Positions 8,260 through 17,872 are shown, counted from the stretch's first letter. The stretch: DNA of 64,000 nucleotides from Bacteroidales bacterium (GCA_046329965.1 JAXLTR010000005.1:371385-435384), one strand, 5' to 3'. The notes: a model not told the origin generated them from the letters alone. Made by a program: numbers and translations.

Positions 8260-9756
8260 TTATTCAATTTTTATACATCGGACTGATAATCCACAATCGT
8301 TCCTGTTTTTTTCAATTGCCATTTTCAATTTCAGATTGGTAATGCCAAAATAAAAAACGAGCTGATTCTGATCACTAGAGGCAGTCCAATATGCCTCTTC
8401 GTCATTAAGATACATATAAGCCCCGGATAAAGGTATTTTGAAACCAGCAAATGAAGGAGAAAAACTCGCTCCTTTTCCATTGACCAAGGAGTTATATCTT
8501 TCTTCAGAAGTATTGCCTAGATAATTAAATAATTTTTGCACATCTTCCTTCGAGGGAAGTTTCCATCCAGGAGGACATACAGTTTTTGCCGATTCCCAGT
8601 CATATAAGTAGCCATAATTTTCAATATTTTTCGAATCATCATCGTATACCCAACATCCTTTTTCAAGTTTTAGTGCCATGTTTTGGGTCATCCATACCTG
8701 GTCCCCTATTTTTGCATAGGAATAGGTTTTGTTATTTCGTCTGTCATATAAAACTGAATTCAGGTTATCAAATGAAAAATTTGTTGTTTTCCCCTCTGCT
8801 ACATAGATTTCTCCAGTTTTTTTATCTTCTCCTTCAAGGACGATCGAATGTTTGCCAACAGGGATATCCTTAAATATATTTCCTTTTGATTTTGAAGCCA
8901 GGAATCCAATTTTATTTCCATCAATGTAGAGAAAACCTCTCGTTTCACTGTCGATTGAAATGTTGCCGTATTTTGTCATTTCATTATCAGTCGTCTCCGT
9001 ATTCACTTGAATTTTTGATTTTACGAAAAAAAATTCCCCTGTCAGCTTGGTCCATTCCTGCGGACTTTGGTTTCCCCCACTGGCTTTTTGCACATCCACA
9101 CGGGTATTTTTAAAAACCGTTTCAATAGGAATTGGTTTTGAAATATGTTTTACAAGCTTTTCGGTAAATAACCCGTTATTCCCTTCGCCATCACTCGCAG
9201 TAGCCCCTTCGCTGGTTGCAAAGGCTATGATTGTCCCGCTTCCCGGGTTCATGGCCTTAAATCCACTGGCCCCGCCTCTTGCCCACGAGCGGAAAGGGTT
9301 ATTACGGCAGGCATCTAATATAACAATATTTGTATTTTGTGGATATTCTTCGAATTTAGATACTACCTCATTCACCGATATAGCCTCAAAGCTTACCATG
9401 TCCTGGGTATTCATGGTAGCATCAACCGGGATCAGGTAATTTACCCCGTTTACCTGTACTCCATGGCCTGCAAAGAAAAACAAAGCCACGTCGTAATTAC
9501 TCAGCTTGGACCAAAAATCGGCAATGGCCTGGGCCATTTGTACCCTGTTGGCATTCACTTTTTTAATCACTGTAAAACCAAGCCCCTGCAAGGTAGTAGC
9601 CATCAGGTTAGCATCATTCACCGGGTTTTTAAGGGGTGCGTTACTATAGCTGTTGTTTCCTATAATCAGGGCAATACGTTTATCATTGGTTTGGGATATC
9701 ATTGTATTTGCAAAATGTATTATTAATAGGGAACAAATAAACTTCTTCATATTCAA
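8260..9756 (-). CDS. secreted caspase-family (peptidase C14) protein with C-terminal FISUMP domain; tandem paralog of 6692..8257
   Basis: 498 aa with signal peptide. Same caspase block (FFFAGHGVQ, IVILDACRNNPF). C-terminal KIGDQVWMTQNMAL ... YDWESA ... CPPGWKLP. Confidence 0.7.
   Translation of the reverse strand: MNMKKFICSLLIIHFANTMISQTNDKRIALIIGNNSYSNAPLKNPVNDANLMATTLQGLGFTVIKKVNANRVQMAQAIADFWSKLSNYDVALFFFAGHGVQVNGVNYLIPVDATMNTQDMVSFEAISVNEVVSKFEEYPQNTNIVILDACRNNPFRSWARGGASGFKAMNPGSGTIIAFATSEGATASDGEGNNGLFTEKLVKHISKPIPIETVFKNTRVDVQKASGGNQSPQEWTKLTGEFFFVKSKIQVNTETTDNEMTKYGNISIDSETRGFLYIDGNKIGFLASKSKGNIFKDIPVGKHSIVLEGEDKKTGEIYVAEGKTTNFSFDNLNSVLYDRRNNKTYSYAKIGDQVWMTQNMALKLEKGCWVYDDDSKNIENYGYLYDWESAKTVCPPGWKLPSKEDVQKLFNYLGNTSEERYNSLVNGKGASFSPSFAGFKIPLSGAYMYLNDEEAYWTASSDQNQLVFYFGITNLKLKMAIEKNRNDCGLSVRCIKIE
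9030..9756. repeat. duplicated ~730-bp segment (caspase-domain coding region), copy 2 of 2
   Basis: Roughly 90% nucleotide identity to 7530..8257. Confidence 0.8.
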
Positions 9757-10435
9757 AAGAATTTTAAAACCAATTAAAAATAAAAATTTTCCAAAACTAA
9801 AATTGTTATAAAACTTAAAAGTGAATTTTCCATTATGGAAATTAATAAACCAATTAACTTCAAATCATAATCAAAGAGTGAATCTATATATTTATTCTCA
9901 TTATTTTTCTAATGCCAAAATTTAGAATCAATTTAGAAAAAATGTCAGTCTATTAAACCCTTCTTAATATCCAATGTGTACTCCATCTCATAATTATTAA
10001 AGAATCTAATTCACAGAAAGAGGAATCCACATTTTAAGAAATATTGGATTTTACCCGTAAACGCTTTTAGCGTTGTAACTAAAGTTACTATTATTTCTGG
10101 TTTTGTATTGGTATCTTTCGATAAGCTTAAGTTAAATATGGTTGTTTGCCAGGTAAAAAAATTAATTGCCCAACTATTATCAAAAGAAAGAATACCAGCT
10201 TATCCTGAAGATCTTTCGGTTTTGTAATTCGTAAATTTGTTATTTGGAATGGATTTAAATAAACCCGGGTTTGTCTTTAGAAAAATTCTAATGATAATTT
10301 TGGGATAAACGCCGGTAATAGCTCAAAATTCGGTTATAATTTCCATAAACCTGGTAAAAGCCGTTGTTTTTTAGTAAAATGTCCGTATGGCAGGTCAGCT
10401 CGTCAGTCCAGTGCAGCTGGCCAGGGTTACATTCC

Positions 10436-11203
10436 CTACTTTGAAATATCCAGAAAATTATCCTGTATTCTTTCCTTCCATTTTTTGTATTCGCGTTGTA
10501 AAAGCAGTCTGTTAATTTCTCTTCCGTGCGATGGAAGAAATATATTACATTTTGTTTCAAGCAGTTTTCCCCAACTTTCAACCATTAAGGCAACATCATT
10601 CGCAAATGGAGGAAAAACAGAACCGCTAAAAACGCCAAACATGGCATCGCCGACAAGGGCTATTTCATCATCAACAATTAAACTCATCGAACCCGTAGTG
10701 TGGCCTGGGGTGTGGATTAAACAGGCTTTAATTCCAAATTCTTTTAGATCATAAATTTCATCCAGGAGTAAATCCGGAATGCAAGGTTCGTAATTAAATT
10801 TTGGCGAAAGTTTTTTACCTACAAATTTCATCAATGGTTTGGTAAAAAATGTCGTCCCGTTTGGTAAAATATTCTCTCCTGCAGTCAGATAACCGGCTTC
10901 GTTTTTATGGATAATTACAGGAATTTTATATTTCTCTTTTACTTTATTTGCATTGGCTGCATGGTCAAAATGAGCATGGGTTAAAATCAGGCAGTCGATG
11001 TTTTTTAACGAAAGTTTGACAATTTGCTTTTGTAACTTTGCCCAAAGTCGCGAAACTGAGGCATCAACCATTAAATTATTTATTCCGTTTGACACTATAA
11101 AAACATTGCATCTCCCTGATAAAACACGGATTATTTCATAACCATTTTTAGTTTTCCATTTTTTCAATTTAAAACAGGTTTTTATTTTAGGATTCAATGT
11201 CAT
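10436..11203 (-). CDS. MBL-fold metallo-hydrolase
   Basis: 255 aa with HxHxDH motif (LTHAHFDHAAN). The predicted ATG (11201-11203) lies inside the terminal repeat of MITE copy B, so the true start is uncertain. Confidence 0.7.
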   Translation of the reverse strand: MTLNPKIKTCFKLKKWKTKNGYEIIRVLSGRCNVFIVSNGINNLMVDASVSRLWAKLQKQIVKLSLKNIDCLILTHAHFDHAANANKVKEKYKIPVIIHKNEAGYLTAGENILPNGTTFFTKPLMKFVGKKLSPKFNYEPCIPDLLLDEIYDLKEFGIKACLIHTPGHTTGSMSLIVDDEIALVGDAMFGVFSGSVFPPFANDVALMVESWGKLLETKCNIFLPSHGREINRLLLQREYKKWKERIQDNFLDISK

Positions 11204-11348
11204 TTAGATAATGATTTTTTTCGTGGAAGTTGGTGTCTTTGTGTTTTAGTGGCGAAAACACTTTTGCCACCAAATCACCAAATCACAAAATCTCACCAAA
11301 TCTTCAATAAATTGATATTTTATATTTGTCATTAACTAAACAACATTG
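11195..11348 (+). mobile_element. MITE-like element copy B, 154 bp, 13-bp TIRs (caatgtcatttag / ctaaacaacattg), 10-bp flanking direct repeat TTTTAGGATT / TTTTAAGATT (9 of 10)
   Basis: About 93% identical to copy C over the full length. Contains hairpin GTGGC-gaaaacactttt-GCCAC and CACCAAAT direct repeats. Overlaps the first three codons of the MBL hydrolase ORF. Confidence 0.8.
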
Positions 11349-11405
11349 TTTTAAGATTTCAAAATAATTGTTTACAGTTGGTTTTATATAGTTCAACCCT
11401 AGAAA

Positions 11406-12596
11406 CTAACGGCCAAATTCTTTTTCAATCAAATTCACAGTTAGTTCCACGCCGTTTACATTTTTAAGTTTTTGTGCCATTTCAACAGCATTTTTCTTAT
11501 AGGTTTCATTGTTTATACATTCCATAATGGCATTAGAAATGGCCCGGGTACTGATTTTTTTAAAATTGCAGGTTTTGGGGCCAAGGTTTAGTTTCACTAT
11601 CTGGTCACGGTTCATAAACTGGTCGCCCATAAAAGGAAAGGCAGCATGCGGAACACCGGCCCTTGCCACTGCCGACATGGTTCCGGTTCCACCATGGTAC
11701 ACTACTGCCACCAATCGCGGAAAGAGCAGCTCAAAAGGCATGTCGTCAACATATAAAATATTTTCATTATTATTTTCGGGCAAATTGGCCCATCCTTTCG
11801 ATACAATTAAGCGTTGTTGGGTTGTTTGTTGCACTTCTATAAAAATCTGGCCGTATTTTTCGGGACCTGTAATGGGGTTGCTTCCAAATCCAATATAAAC
11901 AGGTGGTTTTCCGGAATTAATGAAATTTTCAACCCCATCAGGCAGCTGGTTTTTCGATGGTAAAATCATGTAGGCCGTCTGTGTAAATGAAAAAGCAACT
12001 TCTTTACGGGCTTCAACAAGTTCCCTGTCACAGGCCATTATAACATTATCGCCCAGCCAATGGTGCCAGGCATCCTTAATGGGAGGAAGCTGGTATTTTG
12101 CCCTGTTTTTATTGATAAATCCCCTTATAAACAGGTTTATCATCTTTCGTCCAAAAGCAAACATCATCCTGTTTTTTAACGGGTCTTCAGGAGTGGTTCC
12201 CAGCAGAATAGGATAAAAAGCCACAAGCCGGTATGGAACTTTTAAAATATCTGCAGCTGTTTGTACCCCCATCACTATGCCTGTTGCCAATACCAGGTCA
12301 ACCGGTTTTATCAGTTCCGGTAAAATATTAATTTGATCCCCTATCAATTTCTTCCCCTGTTTTGGTGAAATTTTTACAGCCACCCCACCTTTCTGCTTTT
12401 GAGGGTTTTCGTTTATCTGTTTTTTAATTTCGGGGCCGAATTTAATAAACCTGCAATTGTTGGTTACTACAAGTTGTTCATTTTCAGGAGGGGCGCAAAT
12501 TACTACATCGTGTCCATTTCCGGTAAGGCCTTTAGCAAGGGCCACCATAGGCTGAACATCGCCGCGTGTGCCGAGAATTACAATGGCTATTTTCAT
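11406..12596 (-). CDS. glycosyltransferase family 1 (MGT/UDP-glucuronosyl-transferase-like)
   Basis: 396 aa. N-terminal MKIAIVILGTRGDVQPMVALAKGL (GT1 N-domain). C-terminal HGGTGT ... donor-binding block. Confidence 0.65.
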   Translation of the reverse strand: MKIAIVILGTRGDVQPMVALAKGLTGNGHDVVICAPPENEQLVVTNNCRFIKFGPEIKKQINENPQKQKGGVAVKISPKQGKKLIGDQINILPELIKPVDLVLATGIVMGVQTAADILKVPYRLVAFYPILLGTTPEDPLKNRMMFAFGRKMINLFIRGFINKNRAKYQLPPIKDAWHHWLGDNVIMACDRELVEARKEVAFSFTQTAYMILPSKNQLPDGVENFINSGKPPVYIGFGSNPITGPEKYGQIFIEVQQTTQQRLIVSKGWANLPENNNENILYVDDMPFELLFPRLVAVVYHGGTGTMSAVARAGVPHAAFPFMGDQFMNRDQIVKLNLGPKTCNFKKISTRAISNAIMECINNETYKKNAVEMAQKLKNVNGVELTVNLIEKEFGR

Positions 12597-12767
12597 AAAA
12601 CTTTTTTAAATTTTACTTTCAGGGATCCACAAGTTTAAAATTGTACCGGACAAGTACTTTCAACAAGTTGTTTAATTATATTTATCTCATATTTAAATAC
12701 ATAGAATAGCCGGCTTCTTCTAAATAAAAATTTATTTTTTATGGAAATAGTTTTAAAACAGGAACCT

Positions 12768-13694
12768 TTAATAAGCCACTTTCCTGTCAAGCCTTCTTTT
12801 TAGTTCATTTGCATAACACTTTCCAATTGTATCCCTGTTTTGTTTCAACCAATCTGTAAGCTTTGTTTTTCCGGCAGGGGGTCCGTCAGAATAAAGCAAA
12901 TCGGCCTTAAGTCCTTTTATTTCCTGGCGGGTTATCAGTTTATCCCCTTTTATCAGGCCCACAATTTTCGAAATCCATAACCCAATTTCATCTGGCAATG
13001 GAAAAACTTTCCGCTCCTTTCCCAACATTATTGCCGACATGGCTTTAATCAGTTCTTTATAGGTAAAAATTTCAGGACCGGTGGCATCAATAACCGCATT
13101 GCTCGATTTAAATCCTTGTTCTACAGCCAGATCGGCAAAATCTTCCACAAAAATGGGCTGGAGCTTATAATTTCCATTTCCAAACATGCCAAACACGGGG
13201 AAATTTCTTATCATCCATGCAATGTTATTGATGAGTATGTCTTCTTTTCCAAAAATAACGCCCGGCCGTAAAATGCTGTACGAAATTCCTGTGGCAGCCA
13301 GTTCTTCTTCAAGAATGCCTTTGCCTGAATAATATTCCAGTGGAGAGTCCTTATCGGGTTTAAGAATGCTGGTATGCACAATCCGGCCAACACCGGCAAT
13401 TTTGGCTGCCTTAAAAAGTTTTATTGTATTTTCTACAGCTTCGGAATGTCTGAATTTTCGGTGGTTAAACCTTACCCAGTAAGTGTTGTACAACACAGAT
13501 ACACCTTGCAGGGATTCGGCGAGTTGCGCGGGTTTATCAAAATAAAAAGGGGAAACCTGTATTTTGTTACCGAAATCATTTTTTCTATCCAGCGAATTGG
13601 TGAGTGTTTTAACATTAAATCCTTTATTTAAGAGCTTTTGGGCTATGTATTTGCCGGTGTATCCGAATGCGCCGGTAACAGCATGGATTTCCAT
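12768..13694 (-). CDS. NAD(P)-binding NmrA-like / atypical SDR family protein
   Basis: 308 aa. N-terminal Rossmann motif VTGAFGYTGKYIAQKLLNKGFNV. Confidence 0.6.
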   Translation of the reverse strand: MEIHAVTGAFGYTGKYIAQKLLNKGFNVKTLTNSLDRKNDFGNKIQVSPFYFDKPAQLAESLQGVSVLYNTYWVRFNHRKFRHSEAVENTIKLFKAAKIAGVGRIVHTSILKPDKDSPLEYYSGKGILEEELAATGISYSILRPGVIFGKEDILINNIAWMIRNFPVFGMFGNGNYKLQPIFVEDFADLAVEQGFKSSNAVIDATGPEIFTYKELIKAMSAIMLGKERKVFPLPDEIGLWISKIVGLIKGDKLITRQEIKGLKADLLYSDGPPAGKTKLTDWLKQNRDTIGKCYANELKRRLDRKVAY

Positions 13695-13734
13695 TTTAGT
13701 TATTTCGTTGTAAAAAAATATTCAATTAATAAAT

Positions 13735-14421
13735 TTACCTAACTGTTTCAGAATTGAAGTTTTCTCGTTGGTTTAAAATATCAATATAATATAATAAATC
13801 TTCAATACTAGCTTCATCTTCGCTATAATTTAGCCTCCCCTTTAGGTCTTCGTATAGATCAATAAGACGCAAAACATAATTCTTAGTCAGTTCAATGGGC
13901 AATCCAGAATTCATATCAAGAATATAATCAACTTTATGAACTTTTCCTTGATAAAAATTAGCACCGCCTGTTCCGTTCGAAAGAGTCGCAATCGACTGTG
14001 CAAACACAACTGCTGATATATATTCTCTTGCATTATCTCTTCTAATTTTCATTGCCCCTAATGTTACTCCTTTAAAGTAGTTGTATTTTTTTAAGGTTTG
14101 AAATTTTATGTACCCTGGTGCCATTCCAAATCTTTCAACATTCAAATAAAAAGTTCCATTGTTGTATATTCCCCAAACAATTTTTTTAATTGTCTTTTCT
14201 GAAATTTTATTATCTAATGGAGTAACTTTATAAAGTTCTGGAATTGACGAAGATTTTATTTCTTCAATTTGAATATTAAGAATATAAAAAGGTGAATTAT
14301 TCTTAAAATCAATGAAATTCCTATAAATACCGTTTTTAACAGAATCAATTTGACTAAAACCTTTTACGAAACTAATTGTCAAAAAAATGATTGACATTAA
14401 TTTTTTTTTTGTGAGGATCAT
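13735..14421 (-). CDS. hypothetical secreted protein in an AT-rich island; a poly-A10 tract lies at codons 4-7
   Basis: 228 aa with signal peptide. GC content is visibly lower than neighbours. 14401-14410 is T10 on + (A10 in the coding strand, encoding KKK). Confidence 0.4.
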   Translation of the reverse strand: MILTKKKLMSIIFLTISFVKGFSQIDSVKNGIYRNFIDFKNNSPFYILNIQIEEIKSSSIPELYKVTPLDNKISEKTIKKIVWGIYNNGTFYLNVERFGMAPGYIKFQTLKKYNYFKGVTLGAMKIRRDNAREYISAVVFAQSIATLSNGTGGANFYQGKVHKVDYILDMNSGLPIELTKNYVLRLIDLYEDLKGRLNYSEDEASIEDLLYYIDILNQRENFNSETVR

Positions 14422-14973
14422 ATTTAAAATTATTTTAATTACTAAAAATATTTTATTTATAAGTATTATAGGCTATTCACGTTAATTTTAAGTATAAGTA
14501 TTAGTGAATTTTAGGCATATTTTTTAATTCAGTTAATTAAAGTCTAAGATAATGAATTGACTCATTTGAGAATCCAAATCATTTCTCTGAACTTTACTTT
14601 AAAAAAATGTTCAAAATGTATTGTCTTATTGCAAAATATTGATTTTAAATCATTGATAGATTGCAAAATAAAATATTGCATTTCTTTCCTATTTGTAACT
14701 AATATTAATAATTATTAAACAAAATCAACTCTCCTGCTCATAATTAATTATAAAATAATACTATAATTTTCTAATCCCCGAAATTATTGATTTTATATAC
14801 AAATTTACCTTTTTTCTCCTTTATATCAAAAAAGTGATTTTTCACTATAAAAAGGCAGCGATTAAAATAGCCACTAACTGCGAATTAAAATGAATATCCT
14901 CCAAAAAAAGGCTTAAAAAATCAGGATTTGTCGACAAATATTTCCTTTCTGTCCATTTTACTCTCTTTTAGGA

Positions 14974-16347
14974 TTGGCCCGGTTTAATTTTGATTTAAAA
15001 TTTGATGCTATGCAAAAGAGGAAATTTATAGAAAAATTAATTGTTTCAATTGTTTGTTCGCTGAATATCACTGTTTACGGGCAAACCCCCGACAGTTTAT
15101 GGACCTTGCCAAAATGCATCGACCAGGCCATGCAAAAAAATATCAGTATCCAGGAAATGTCCCTTTCGAACGAAACCAACCAGATACAGGAATTACAGGC
15201 CAGGGCTGAGCGGTTTCCTTCGCTGAATGCCTCTGTTTCACAAAATTTTCAATGGAGCAGGCCGGTTGATCTGGAAAATAATTATGGGGAATACGAAGCC
15301 AGAAATGGTACAACTTTCGGAATAAATTCATCCGTAGTTTTGTACAACGGTTTCAGGATTAAAAACAGCATCAAACAGGCTGAACTTAGCTACAAAGCTG
15401 GTTCTTATGAAGTTGATGCACTTAAAGAATCTGTCAGTCTCCAGGTATTGTCAGCTTACTTGCAGGTGCTGTATTCCGAAGAACAGGTAAAAAATACGGA
15501 AAAGCAGATAGAATCAACATCGCAGCAGCTAAGTTTATCGGAAGAAAGGCTCAGGCTGGGATCCATTGCCAAATCAGATTATTTACAGGTAAAATCAGAA
15601 CTGGCTACCGAGAATTACACTCTGGCCTCGGCCCAAAATCAATTGGCGGTTAACCAGGTCACTTTAATGCAATTAATGGAAATACCGGTTACCCCGGGGT
15701 TTAAAATACAACGTCCCGATTTTGATATATCCAAAGGCTACCAGTACCCTGTCAGTTCCGATTCCATTTACCTGCTGGCATTGGGCATTAAGCCACAGGT
15801 AAAAAGTTCGGAATTGAACAAACAAATTGCAGAAATTGAGATTTCTATCGCAAAAGCCGGCTATCAACCCAGTCTTTCATTAAGTGCCGGGATTAATTCC
15901 AGCTACCAGTCAGGTGGGGCAAATGCTTATTCAAATCAGTTGATGAACCAGATGATTCCTGCTGTTGGCATAAATTTGTCCATCCCAATATACCAGAACA
16001 GGCAATTAAAATCATCGGTTGCCAGGGCAAAAATTGGAATTTCGGATGCAGGGCTCCAGGATTTGAACACGAAAAACCAGCTTCGTAAAAATATTGAACA
16101 GGCTGCCGTTGATTTCAACTCAGCCATTATTAAATACCAGGCCAGTCTTGATAAATTCAATTCTTCTACAGAAAGTTACGATGTGGCCCAGGAAAAGTTT
16201 AAACAGGGTTTACTGAATTCTGTGGATTTTTTAATTCAGAAAACCAATCTGATAAGTGCTGAAAGTGAGTTACTTCAATCAAAATACAACCTGGTGTTCA
16301 GCAAAAAAATAATAGATTTTTATGCCGGAATTCCACTGACATTTTAA
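14974..16347 (+). CDS. TolC-family outer membrane efflux protein
   Basis: 457 aa. Two OEP repeats with coiled-coil-rich sequence. First gene of an efflux operon. The start may be an internal Met (around 15010). Confidence 0.75.
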   Translation: MARFNFDLKFDAMQKRKFIEKLIVSIVCSLNITVYGQTPDSLWTLPKCIDQAMQKNISIQEMSLSNETNQIQELQARAERFPSLNASVSQNFQWSRPVDLENNYGEYEARNGTTFGINSSVVLYNGFRIKNSIKQAELSYKAGSYEVDALKESVSLQVLSAYLQVLYSEEQVKNTEKQIESTSQQLSLSEERLRLGSIAKSDYLQVKSELATENYTLASAQNQLAVNQVTLMQLMEIPVTPGFKIQRPDFDISKGYQYPVSSDSIYLLALGIKPQVKSSELNKQIAEIEISIAKAGYQPSLSLSAGINSSYQSGGANAYSNQLMNQMIPAVGINLSIPIYQNRQLKSSVARAKIGISDAGLQDLNTKNQLRKNIEQAAVDFNSAIIKYQASLDKFNSSTESYDVAQEKFKQGLLNSVDFLIQKTNLISAESELLQSKYNLVFSKKIIDFYAGIPLTF

Positions 16348-16600
16348 AAGATTAATTGAAATACCAGGGCAATAGAATGCAGCACAATTGTAAGCGAAAA
16401 TGGAAAAAGACCAGCACAATGATATTAAGAACGAAATAACAAATTGAAAAATATGTAAAATGGAACGGGCCTGAACCAAAAGTCTCAAATCAAAGCGGTT
16501 TTAGCCCCAATGAGCTGGCGAATGAGAAAAGTTTTAAGTGTGGTCAGAGACTATAAAACAATTATTTTCTATAAAAGAATTAAAAATCAAATATTTAAAT

Positions 16601-17842
16601 ATGAAAGCAGGAATGAAAAAGAAATTAATAATTGGCGGGGTAGTTTTAATAGTTATCCTCGTGGTATTTGTCAGGTTTAAAATGTCCGGCGAAGCTGAAG
16701 GACAGGTAACCATTGAAACTGCTAAGGTAAAAAAAGGTAACGTCAGCAATACAATTACTGCTACCGGAACTGTTCAGGCAATTAAAACAGTGAGCGTAGG
16801 TTGCCAGGTTTCGGGCATTGTAGATAAATTATATGTGGATTACAATACGCACGTAAAAGCAGGTCAGCTTCTTGCCGAACTCGACAGGCGGACATTAAAA
16901 ACCAGCCTTGAAAATGCGCTGGCAAATCTCGACAATGCAAAGGCAGAAATGACTTACCAAACGGCAAATTTTAACCGTATAAAAGCCTTGTCGGACAAAA
17001 ACCTGGTGGCCCAGAACGATTATGATCAGGCCATTTACAATTACTCCAAAGCACAGGCTTCCTTAAAAACTGCCCAACTTGAATACGACCGGGCATCAAT
17101 TAACCTCAATTATGCTTCCATTCATTCGCCCATTGACGGGGTAATTCTCGAAAGGGCTGTAGATGAAGGTCAAACCGTGGCTGCAAGTTTTAATACGCCC
17201 ACTTTGTTCAGTATTGCAAACGATTTAACACAAATGCAGGTAGAAGCATCAATAGACGAGGCAGATATTGGAAAAGTTAAAATTGACCAGCGGGTAAGCT
17301 TTACCGTGGATGCTTTTACTGATTTGAAATTTGAAGGAAAAATAACCCAGATTCGGTTACAGCCTGTAACAAAATCGAATGTGGTTACTTATACGGTAAT
17401 TGTTAAAGCCCCGAATCCCGATTTAAAACTAATGCCAGGCATGACCGCGAGCATAAGTGTTTTTGTTGAAGAGGCAAACGATGTTCTTGTTATTCCAAGC
17501 AAAGCCATTCACTTTAACCCGGATATGGCACTTTTACAAAAATACCTCGAAAAAATTCCAGGACCCAAAGAAGGTACAACTCCTCAGGGACCACCGGCTA
17601 AAATGGATTCAACCGCGGTGATGGTTTGGGTTAAAAATGGCAACGATATCCACCCCATTCCAGTTAAAACCGGAATTGATGATGATTTGAACGTGGAAAT
17701 ACAATCGGGCTTAAGCGAGGGCGAAGAAGTTGTTTATGCACTAAACTCAAATACACCAGTGGTTTCGGGTACTCAGGCTACCGGAAGTCCTTTTATGCCA
17801 AGGCCACCCTCCAGGAGCAATACAACCAAAACCAAAAATTAA
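16601..17842 (+). CDS. efflux transporter periplasmic adaptor subunit (HlyD/MacA family)
   Basis: Start chosen at MKAGMKKKL (16601) within ORF 16538..17842. Single N-terminal TM, coiled coil, beta-barrel/MPD domains. Confidence 0.75.
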   Translation: MKAGMKKKLIIGGVVLIVILVVFVRFKMSGEAEGQVTIETAKVKKGNVSNTITATGTVQAIKTVSVGCQVSGIVDKLYVDYNTHVKAGQLLAELDRRTLKTSLENALANLDNAKAEMTYQTANFNRIKALSDKNLVAQNDYDQAIYNYSKAQASLKTAQLEYDRASINLNYASIHSPIDGVILERAVDEGQTVAASFNTPTLFSIANDLTQMQVEASIDEADIGKVKIDQRVSFTVDAFTDLKFEGKITQIRLQPVTKSNVVTYTVIVKAPNPDLKLMPGMTASISVFVEEANDVLVIPSKAIHFNPDMALLQKYLEKIPGPKEGTTPQGPPAKMDSTAVMVWVKNGNDIHPIPVKTGIDDDLNVEIQSGLSEGEEVVYALNSNTPVVSGTQATGSPFMPRPPSRSNTTKTKN

Positions 17843-17872
17843 AGACAAAACAAAAAACAAAAGTCTATATAA

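Noticed and set aside
10380-10435. GC-rich patch (ggcaggtcagctcgtcagtccagtgcagctggcc) just 3' of the MBL hydrolase stop, considered as a terminator hairpin
   Set aside because: Complementarity is only partial (AGCT cores, GGC/GCC ends) and no convincing stem plus T-run is present.
10288-10581. 97-aa minus-strand ORF overlapping the 3' end of the MBL hydrolase gene and the AT-rich intergenic region
   Set aside because: It overlaps a better gene in another frame, has low-complexity composition and no motif.
11270-11300. Short direct repeats CACCAAAT x3-4 (also at 4380-4400 and 59708-59738) considered as a possible CRISPR-like or microsatellite array
   Set aside because: The units are only 8 nt with no spacers of CRISPR length. 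They are internal to the MITE-like element and are better explained as part of that element (possible protein-binding sites).
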